From NCBI GenBank assembly GCA_044869275.1, contig JBIOXB010000129.1, forward strand, positions 1 through 42,224: 42,224 nt of DNA. Reading direction: 5' to 3'. This document shows, in pieces, positions 35,007 to 42,224 of the stretch. Source of the stretch: a bacterium. Its GTDB lineage: Bacteria; Zhuqueibacterota; Zhuqueibacteria; Zhuqueibacterales; Zhuqueibacteraceae. Below the pieces are notes generated by a model. That model saw nothing but the letters and a program-made list of their open reading frames with translations, did not search any database and had not been told where the DNA came from. A program made the position numbers and the translations under genes. Position 1 is the first letter of the stretch; the number at the start of each line of letters is the position of its first letter.

Positions 35007-37400
35007 CTCATACCGCAGCGAATTCACCGGATTTGCCCGCGCGGCTTTGATGGCCTGCGCGCTGACGGTGAGCAAGGCAATGAGCAAAGCCGACGCGCCG
35101 GCCAATGCGAACAGCCACCAATTGAGGTCGATGCGATAAGCAAAGCCTTCCAACCAGCGCTGCATCGCGTATCCCGCCAGCGGCCAGGCCATGAGGTTGG
35201 CGAGCATGACCAGCAGCGCAAATTCTTTGGACAGGAGCAAAACCAGATTGGGAACCGAAGCGCCCAACACTTTGCGGATGCCGATCTCCTTGGTTTTTTG
35301 CTCGGCGGTGAAGGAGATCAAACCCAGCAGCCCCAGGCAGGCGATCACGATGGCCAAAACCGTAAAGCTGTTGATGATCGCCGAGAGGTTTTTTTCGGAG
35401 TGATAATACTCGGCGAGCACTTCATCCAGAAAGCGAAATTCATATGGCGCCTGGGGATTTACTTCCCGAAATTTTTGCTCGATAAAATTCAGTGTGGCCG
35501 AGAGATTCGCGGCGCTCACTCGTGCGATCAGGTTGTTGGTCCCGCCCGTGGAGTAGCGCGGATAAAGTATCAGCGGCTTGATGGTTTCGCGCAGCGACCA
35601 GGCGTGGTAGTCTTCAAACACGCCGATGATCACGCGGCCGGTGCGGCTGGTGTCGGCCGGTGGGGAAGTGAACATTTTTTTGCCGACCACGCTGCCTTCG
35701 AAGCCCAGCATTTTCGCCGCGGTGGCATTGATCATCACCGCCTGTTCCAGATCCGTGGAGAATTCCTGAGAAAATGCGCGGCCCTCCACCAGAGGAATTT
35801 GCAGCGTTTCAAAATAACCGAAATTGACATAGCCCGCGTCGATGGAAATGCCCTCGTCATCGCCATCCCCCTCGGCCCAATGATCCCAAGTCATGTGGCC
35901 GCTGCCGGGATATGTATTCCCTCCGGCAACGCTGACGATGTTGGGATGGCTAGCCAGCGCATGCTTCAAGGCTTCAAAATTATCCGTGGCCTGCCGCGTT
36001 CCCAACGGCACGATGACCACGGGATCGGGCGTGAAACCCAAGTTTTTTGTGCGCAAAAACTGCAATTGGTCCACAATGATCAACGCGCCGATGATCAAGC
36101 TGATCGAAATGACGAATTGTGCCACCACCAGCCCTTTGCGAATCCATGCGGCGGATCCGCGCGGGTTCGTTTCTCCCTTCAACACCTCGGCCGGAGTGAA
36201 GCGCGTAAGATAAAAAGCGGGATAGAGGCCCGCTCCCAGGCCGGCAAGCAACGCCACGGAGAAGAATGCGAGCGCGATGAGCGGATTGCCGGCAAGATTG
36301 AGCGTGATCGTTCTGCCGGCGAGTTGATTGAAGTAAGGCAGGATTATTTCCAAAGCTCCGAATGCCAGCAGAAAGGCAATCGTTGCAATCAACATGGACT
36401 CGCCGAGAAATTGTGAAACCAGGCGGTTTTTGTATGCGCCGAGAACTTTTCGCATGCCCACTTCACGAGCACGCCGGCGCGCACGGGCCGTGGATAAATT
36501 CGTAAAATTGATACAGGCAATGGTGAGCAGAAATGCCGCGATGATGCCCATCGTATAAACGTAAACGATATTACCGTTGGGCTCCAACTCTCCACGAATG
36601 TTGGAATGCAGATGAATGCCCAGCAGCGGCTGCGGAATGTATTCATACTGATAGCCGAACTCGCGGGCGCGATCTCCGAAGTGCCGCGCGATGAAGCCGG
36701 GCAATTTGGCCGCGAAGGTCTCGGCACTGACACCTTCCTGCAGCCGAAAATATGTTCTCGTGCCGAAACTGAACCAACTTGGCTCCGGGTCTTCCGGGAA
36801 GGTGTTGTAGGAGGCGATGAAGTTCGCGTGAAAATGAGAAGTTGGCGGTTGCGCCTTCATCACGCCGGTGACGTGATAGGCGGTGGTGTCCATGTAAAAA
36901 ATTTCGCCAACAGGATTGATCTCACGAAAATATTTTTGCGCGATTTCATCGGTGATGATCACCGAGTTGGGATGCTGCAGCAACTCCGCTTTATTGCCAC
37001 GCAAAATCTCGAAGGTGAAAATATCGAGAATCTCCTGATCCGCCCAGTAAAAGTTGGTTTCTTTGACGGCGTTCGCATGTAGACGCAAGTCCACGTTTTG
37101 CTCGCGGCCGAAACGGGAAGCATAGAGAACTTCCGGGTAGTCTTGCTGCAACGTTCGCGCAAAGGCCGCTTGTGTGTAAGTCCACAGAATCTCCCTTCCA
37201 AAAATGACCGAGCGCGTGTGCACGCGATAAATCCGCTCGGCGTGTTGGTGATGGCGGTCGTAGCTGGACTCATGTTGAATGAACAGAATCAGCGCCATGC
37301 AGCAAGCCATGCCGAGAGCCAAGCCGGCGATGTTGATGAACGAATAGGCTTTGTGCTTGAGCAGGTTGCGCACGGCTATTTTGAAGTAGTTTTTGAGCAT
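35004..37400 (-). CDS. MacB/FtsX-like duplicated ABC permease, copy H (798 aa)
   Basis: MLKNYFKIAV start with GGAG RBS, ends NPVNSLRYE. Confidence 0.93.
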   Translation of the reverse strand: MLKNYFKIAVRNLLKHKAYSFINIAGLALGMACCMALILFIQHESSYDRHHQHAERIYRVHTRSVIFGREILWTYTQAAFARTLQQDYPEVLYASRFGREQNVDLRLHANAVKETNFYWADQEILDIFTFEILRGNKAELLQHPNSVIITDEIAQKYFREINPVGEIFYMDTTAYHVTGVMKAQPPTSHFHANFIASYNTFPEDPEPSWFSFGTRTYFRLQEGVSAETFAAKLPGFIARHFGDRAREFGYQYEYIPQPLLGIHLHSNIRGELEPNGNIVYVYTMGIIAAFLLTIACINFTNLSTARARRRAREVGMRKVLGAYKNRLVSQFLGESMLIATIAFLLAFGALEIILPYFNQLAGRTITLNLAGNPLIALAFFSVALLAGLGAGLYPAFYLTRFTPAEVLKGETNPRGSAAWIRKGLVVAQFVISISLIIGALIIVDQLQFLRTKNLGFTPDPVVIVPLGTRQATDNFEALKHALASHPNIVSVAGGNTYPGSGHMTWDHWAEGDGDDEGISIDAGYVNFGYFETLQIPLVEGRAFSQEFSTDLEQAVMINATAAKMLGFEGSVVGKKMFTSPPADTSRTGRVIIGVFEDYHAWSLRETIKPLILYPRYSTGGTNNLIARVSAANLSATLNFIEQKFREVNPQAPYEFRFLDEVLAEYYHSEKNLSAIINSFTVLAIVIACLGLLGLISFTAEQKTKEIGIRKVLGASVPNLVLLLSKEFALLVMLANLMAWPLAGYAMQRWLEGFAYRIDLNWWLFALAGASALLIALLTVSAQAIKAARANPVNSLRYE

Positions 37401-37409
37401 GGGTGGCTC

Positions 37410-37444
37410 CAGTGTTCAGTGAGCAGTGAGCAGTGAGCAGTGCC
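37410..37444. repeat. Heptamer tract CAGTGTT (CAGTGAG)x3 CAGTGCC
   Basis: Read directly, immediately upstream of the copy H RBS. Confidence 0.85.
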
Positions 37445-37474
37445 AAAGCCAAATTGGCGATGCAAATACACTCT

Positions 37475-37576
37475 ACAGCAGGTCAATGCCACACTGCGCC
37501 CGACGTTATTGATGACGATATACTGCTTGGTACGAACAAGCTCTCGGATGGAAATTTTGAGGTAATTCTCGAACAT
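37475..37576 (-). pseudogene. Decayed N-terminal stub of a ninth permease
   Basis: GGAGG RBS, then MFENYLKISIRELVRTKQYIVINNVGRSVALTCC, matching the first ~34 aa of the paralogs before similarity stops. Confidence 0.8.
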
Positions 37577-37916
37577 GGTAACCTCCCGGCTAAGCTCATC
37601 GGGAAGTGCAGACTTCATCAAATTCGAAGTCCTTCAACTACCATACCAAGACAGTTTTTCAAGCAATTACAGCAGGTTAATGCGATAGCGACGCGAGGGT
37701 TGGTATCCGGTGGCAAAACACGGGATGTTCGCTGGCGGACAGATGGAATCGCGCTGAGGAGGGTGGGAGCTGCGGTTGCAATAATGCGAGATGCCGTGAT
37801 TAGCACCGGCAGTCCTTCGCCGCAAAATGAATCCTTTATATTGTGTATTGTGTATGATAGAAATACCCAATTTATCTGTTAAGGATCATCGTTTAAATAA
37901 GTTGTCCGTTTTTTTT

Positions 37917-37987
37917 AAACCGCTAATTAACGCGAATGTGCGCTAAACTGTTCCCAATTCGCGTTTATTAGCGTCCATTCACGGTTT
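37917..37987. repeat. REP-like palindrome built from 9-10-nt CGCTAAT/CGCGAAT units
   Basis: CGCTAATTAACGCGAAT (37921-37937) versus ATTCGCGTTTATTAGCG (37957-37973), 16/17 match. Confidence 0.7.
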
Positions 37988-38091
37988 GGGAAATGGGAAA
38001 GTTATGTAATTCTCAATCCTAAGCTCTGGTCGAAGCTTCAGGATCAAGCGGAAAAGAGAGAAGGAGTGAGTTTTTTAATCTGATCGCAGCC

Positions 38092-38934
38092 TTATGGTTG
38101 CGCATTCCGATCGGCAATCCTCGCATCATGAAAGACCGCTCTCTGCCACTTGTTATTTTCCTTGGTCCAAACGTGGGTGAAGAGAATCTCGGTGCGAAAT
38201 GGTTTGCCAGCATTCACTCCGCTGGCAACGTTCCGTCCCGTGGCCACGGCAATGGAGGGAGATAACAGCAGCACTTCCACCTCTGCATTGTCATATTCCT
38301 CTATCCTTAATTCGTCCGAGATGATTTTCTCCCGGCGGAACTTGATCCATTCCAGCCACTGCGCCCGAGAAACCACACTGCCGTCGGCATTGGTATGACG
38401 ATAGCCCGGCGCCAGGAGCAGGTCCAATTTCTCCGCATTCGCCTCGACGAATGCCGCGCTGAATTGCGCGACGGCATTCTGGACTTCTGCTAGCAAAGCT
38501 TCTTCGCGGCGGATTTTGCCATCATCTTTTGTCGCCTCATGCCACTTCGCGCCGTCCCAAATCCACGTGTCGTTGAAAGCGATGAATTCTTCGCCGTCCC
38601 GAGTACGCCCGCCGAACAAAACCATTTGCTCCCGTCCGTTATCATAAACCATTGCCGTGTTGTAACGCGGCGCTGGACCGTCCTTGGTGATTTCTGTGAT
38701 GTGCCCATTTTGCAGAATCGACGTGCTCCCCATTGGCGTAAAGCGGTAATTCTTGCCGCCAAAAATCAAATATTGCCGCCGTTTCACGTCATATGCCGCA
38801 ACGTGATGATCCAGTGTTGCATTGGCATAAGGCGCGGAGCGCGCCGTCCAGGTCTTGGCGTCCCATTCCCAAATGTCGGCATAGAGTCCGCCAAGCCAAA
38901 GGCCGCCGTAAAGGATGGTCGTCGTTTGCTCGGA
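38092..38934 (-). pseudogene. 5'-truncated Kelch-like beta-propeller plus C-terminal DUF4440/NTF2-like domain
   Basis: The frame is open to 38934: TILYGGLWLGGLYADIWEWD, YDVKRRQYLIFGG, PRYNTAMVYD...VLFGG...NDTWIWDG, then an NTF2-like domain. Only ~2.5 blades and no signal peptide. Confidence 0.7.
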
Positions 38935-39030
38935 TCAAACTTTGTGGTCATTCTTCCTAAAGCATAAACGTATTCCACGTCCGGCGCAGTGTTGTTGCTG
39001 TGCTCTGCCACCACCTGCAGGCCCGCCCCA
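38935..39030 (-). pseudogene. RHS core fragment
   Basis: Reads AGLQVVAEHSNNTAPDVEYVYALGRMTTKFDP, resembling the segment that precedes the DHLGS motif of RHS cores. Lies at the end of the RHS cluster. Confidence 0.5.
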
Positions 39031-39046
39031 AAGAATCCTTGAGTTC

Positions 39047-39078
39047 AAAACAAAAAGCCCAGCGTTTATACCGGACTT
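39047..39078 (-). terminator. Putative intrinsic terminator after the RHS orphan module
   Basis: Minus strand AAGTCCGG-TATAAACG-CTGGGCTT (two G-U pairs) followed by TTTGTTTT. Confidence 0.5.
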
Positions 39079-39118
39079 CTCAAGGCACATCAAATCAAAC
39101 AAGAATAGGATTTTGCTT

Positions 39119-39709
39119 CTATTCTACATAGTAATACCATCGATCATCGATTTTTTCGACATAATCCATGGAAACAGGCCACCTCGGATAAAAATCATCC
39201 ACTGCATTCTCATTACCAATTGGAACGTAAAATAGGCCCGACTCAGATCCTATGAAGCCCCCGCGAAACCCAATAAAAACTAAGCGAGTATCTGTTGATA
39301 AGGAGAATAGGTCGTATTTCTTCAAGAAATCAGCCCATTTAAAAAATTCTGTACGAGTTATTCCTTTATGCTTTAAAAAATGGTCGAAATTTTGGTATAA
39401 TTCATTTTTTTCTATATCCACTTCCTGGATATTTTCTGTGAACCCATCAAATTTCTGGTTTTTTAATACAATTATATCGCCTCCGAGATTATATGTGCGC
39501 GAGTTGGTTCTGCCTACATCTCTAATTTTGCCATCTTTAAAAAATGATTCGGCCATACTTTCAAAGGCATCTTTGTTACGCTCTAATTTGACTTTAAATC
39601 GAGGCAATTCTCGACCACAACTCCAAAGGCACATTTGTGTTAATGTCAAAATTGTAATGTTTAGCATTTGGTTGGAATTTTCTATCTTTGTGCGAATAGA
39701 CGTTTTCAT
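39119..39709 (-). CDS. Putative immunity protein, probable lipoprotein
   Basis: AT-rich, directly after the orphan toxin. Hydrophobic stretch with lipobox-like LWSC; ends KIDDRWYYYVE. Confidence 0.7.
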   Translation of the reverse strand: MKTSIRTKIENSNQMLNITILTLTQMCLWSCGRELPRFKVKLERNKDAFESMAESFFKDGKIRDVGRTNSRTYNLGGDIIVLKNQKFDGFTENIQEVDIEKNELYQNFDHFLKHKGITRTEFFKWADFLKKYDLFSLSTDTRLVFIGFRGGFIGSESGLFYVPIGNENAVDDFYPRWPVSMDYVEKIDDRWYYYVE

Positions 39710-39750
39710 GGCATGGAATCTTTCTGCTTTATATTAAGGATGCGATCACA

Positions 39751-40650
39751 TTACCTTCCACTTCGCCACCAATTATATCCTCTCCAAATTGCCCTCGTAT
39801 CTCTTATATCATCACCAAATGGTAGATTTACAGGCTTGGGTGATCCTAATATGAATACTTCAATCATCTGATATGCTCCGGCCGCACTCATCGCCGTTAA
39901 AGGATCAATACCATGGGCTGCCATAATTCGGCCCCAAGCTATATTACCAAGTTCATCATAACTGTACAACTCACCATGGAACTCATAAAGAACTTCATTA
40001 TAACGAGGAAAAATTTCTTTGAGCCTTGGTTTAAGATCCCATTGGCCTCGTTGTTTTGAGTTTAGATAAATATAGAAGTAGCTATACCGAACTCCCGGAA
40101 TGAAAGAAACATTTGCCTTAATTGCACTTGATCTAGAAATTTTGCGTCTTGTCCAATCATCCAAATATTCATCCACATTATAAACGGGTATTTCGCCTTC
40201 ACCAGGCACCCAGATCCAATCATATCCTTGCCATACTGTTGGGCCACTTCCAATTCCAGTACCATATTCCTGTTTTTTCCAATGGCCGCCGGAAGGACTA
40301 CGATAACTACTCAAATAAGAGCCTGTTGCTCCCGCCCATCTCGAATAGCCCGGAGCAGCTCCGCGGCTCGCGGACCAGACGGCATTGAATTGTTGTTGTA
40401 TTTGTCTTTGAAAATAAAAATTCGAAAAACCGCCAGATCCTGCTCCACCGTCTTCATCATCATCCGGCAAATCACCTCCAAGCCCAAAACGGTCGATAAA
40501 ATTCAACGGCCGGTTGTAAACGCAGCTATACGGGCTGAACTCGCTCGCAATCGGATCGGCTGTGAGCCAACGACCGGTGCTGTGGTCATAATACCGCGCA
40601 CCATAATAGTCAAGCCCGGTGGCGCTTCAAGTTCTTTGCCGGTGAATTGA
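39751..40650 (-). pseudogene. Orphan RHS C-terminal module with an Ntox44-like toxin domain
   Basis: RHS-core repeat QFTGKEL/ATGLDYYGARYYD...IDRFGL with a 1-nt deletion near 40627. Toxin motifs GQWDLK, DELGNIAWG, AAGAYQ, GDDIRD...I..G. Confidence 0.8.
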
Positions 40651-40661
40651 GTTGGAATTGT

Positions 40662-41081
40662 TTAAAATCCATAATTCTTTCTCAAATAAATTAACATCCA
40701 CGAGATGAAAAGTACTGCAAGTGATCCAATGATATAAAACCACGCTTCAATTATCATCTTCCTTTGCTCTTGTAAGTTCTTTGGTTCAAATTCCTTAATC
40801 GTTGCTTTGTATTTTCCTTCATGTGCTAATGCAAAATAGTTGACGACCCAAACAGTGAGAGCCAACATTATAACGCCAAATTTGGGTAAGCGCGCAACAA
40901 TTGCAGCAATGTTGATTCCCGTGACTGCTTGGATAATTGACAACACACTAACCACATTCAAAAAAAGCAAGAGTGAATAACCTAACAAGGAATTGAATAT
41001 CGGCGATTCGTTTTTTCCGTGCTTTGCGATCCACCATTGATAAAGAATACAATAACCATACTTATAAGCTCGATAAGGCAT
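40662..41081 (-). CDS. Putative membrane immunity protein (139 aa, ~3 TM)
   Basis: GGAGG RBS, AT-rich, immediately after the RHS toxin, three hydrophobic segments. Confidence 0.75.
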   Translation of the reverse strand: MPYRAYKYGYCILYQWWIAKHGKNESPIFNSLLGYSLLLFLNVVSVLSIIQAVTGINIAAIVARLPKFGVIMLALTVWVVNYFALAHEGKYKATIKEFEPKNLQEQRKMIIEAWFYIIGSLAVLFISWMLIYLRKNYGF

Positions 41082-41163
41082 TTTACCTCCTGGTTCGGGG
41101 AGCTCAAGGCGCTAGCATTACGACCCATCTTATGATTGTTATCAGTAGAAGCACATCTGGTGT

Positions 41164-42224
41164 TCAGCGGCGATTGTAAATATGCCAGAGTTCTTTGAAA
41201 TTATCAACACCACCTCCAAGTGACAGAACATGGTGGGAAGTATAATCGTAAACTCTGCTCCAGCCTATTGTTGCGTCAACGCTGAAATAGACTACACTTG
41301 CACCTAATCCTAACGGTCCTCCAAAAGTACCAACCGTTCCCATTGTAATATCCACTCCTGACTTCACTACTCCAGCGTAATTGTCTTCACTAAAGGCGCT
41401 AAGACCTTGGACTGCGCTTATGGCAACACCAATTCCAAATACCATTCTACCTGCGTTTCTCAAAGCGGTTGCTTTCCTGAGCACAGCAGTCCGACTTCCT
41501 GCATATTGATTTCCACCCCAGCGCAAGGGATACCACTTTTGGTTGATTCCTCTCCACCTCCCGTCCAATTGATTATGGTATTCACTAATTCCAAAACCGG
41601 TTCCCAATGCAGTCAGGGCATTACTAATCCAATACAGTGCCTCATCTGTGTTTATAACCCAAATTTCATCTTCCCCTTGTTCTACCCACGGCCCACTTCC
41701 TGCCGCCGTACTGTATGTTTGCCTCTTGAAATAACCTCCAGGGCGGCTTTGCGAAAGCAAGTAGGACCCCGTTCCTCCTGCCCATCTTGAATATCCCGGC
41801 GCATATCCTCGATTCGCCGACCATACTGCCTCAAATTGCCGTTGTATCTGTCTTTGCATATAGAAATTCGAGAAACGATCACCCCCGCCGCCGTTCCCAT
41901 CACCTTCATCATCTGGAAGATCTTCCCCAAGCCCGAAGCGGTCGATGAAATATAGCGGCCGGTTGTAAACGTAGCTATATGGGCTGAACTCGCTCGCAAT
42001 GGGATCGGCTGTGAGCCAGCGACCGATGCCGCGGTCATAATACCGTGCACCATAATAGTCAAGCCCGGTGGCACTGTCAAGCTCTTTGCCGGTGAATTGA
42101 TACATGCTTTGCTCGGTGCCGGCAGACAGATACGCTTGACCAAAGGGAGAGTAGTCTCTGCGCATATCCGTTTCAGCATCCGGGCCATCCACTAAACGCG
42201 TGCTGCCCAAGTGATCGACATAAA
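41164..42224 (-). CDS. RHS repeat-associated core protein with C-terminal toxin (5' part outside the window)
   Basis: YVDHLGSTRLV...DYSPFG...YQFTGKELDSATGLDYYGARYYD...GRWLTADP...NRPLYFIDRFGL. The frame is open to the right edge. Gly-rich hydrophobic C-terminal tip. Confidence 0.92.
   Translation of the reverse strand, partial: YVDHLGSTRLVDGPDAETDMRRDYSPFGQAYLSAGTEQSMYQFTGKELDSATGLDYYGARYYDRGIGRWLTADPIASEFSPYSYVYNRPLYFIDRFGLGEDLPDDEGDGNGGGGDRFSNFYMQRQIQRQFEAVWSANRGYAPGYSRWAGGTGSYLLSQSRPGGYFKRQTYSTAAGSGPWVEQGEDEIWVINTDEALYWISNALTALGTGFGISEYHNQLDGRWRGINQKWYPLRWGGNQYAGSRTAVLRKATALRNAGRMVFGIGVAISAVQGLSAFSEDNYAGVVKSGVDITMGTVGTFGGPLGLGASVVYFSVDATIGWSRVYDYTSHHVLSLGGGVDNFKELWHIYNRR

Noticed and set aside
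11301..37400. Diversity-generating retroelement acting on the similar permease 3' ends
   Set aside because: No reverse transcriptase in the window. Differences are mostly synonymous third-position changes, not adenine-specific.
11301..37576. CRISPR array or integron cassette array as an explanation of the repeated junctions
   Set aside because: No constant repeat with unique equal-length spacers, no cas or integrase gene in the window, and no convincing RYYYAAC...GTTRRRY attC boundaries seen.
37618..37806. Short ORF with TNPRVAI, possibly a decayed permease C-terminus
   Set aside because: Similarity too weak to separate from chance by eye.
1..42224. tRNA, rRNA, riboswitch or transposase genes
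   Set aside because: None recognised by eye. An Infernal/tRNAscan run would be needed to exclude small RNAs.

Overview
This is a GC-rich bacterial window. The FlgD-Ig/T9SS-type C-terminal domains and gene content suggest an FCB-related lineage such as KSB1/Calditrichota (inference). Nearly all genes from 4.6 kb to the right edge are on the minus strand. Left (0-11 kb): a secreted FlgD/T9SS-domain protein, a catalytically dead trypsin-like membrane protein, a HExxH protein, a fused gene relic, a LolD-like ATPase with a large FtsX permease, a thioesterase, a HEPN gene pair and a lone CoA-transferase alpha subunit. Middle (11.3-37.6 kb): a tandem array of eight ~800-aa MacB/FtsX-like duplicated permeases plus two relics, with no ATPase or adaptor inside the array. 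The paralogs have near-constant termini (M[FL]KNY.KI... and ...ALANPVE[AS]LRYE) and divergent periplasmic domains. Accessory genes are interleaved: NTF2-like, deleted ECF sigma, SRPBCC, a 4x-repeat secreted protein and an S41-TPR peptidase. Many spacers are built from 7-nt repeat tracts, often as inverted pairs, and several contain nested REP/MITE-like elements. Right (38-42 kb): a lower-GC RHS polymorphic toxin locus with a partial RHS toxin and TM immunity gene, an orphan Ntox44-like module with a lipoprotein partner, and a third RHS fragment fused to a truncated Kelch-DUF4440 gene. The best candidate for an undescribed system is the permease array with its heptamer-hairpin spacers. All family calls come from reading motifs by eye; no database searches were run.
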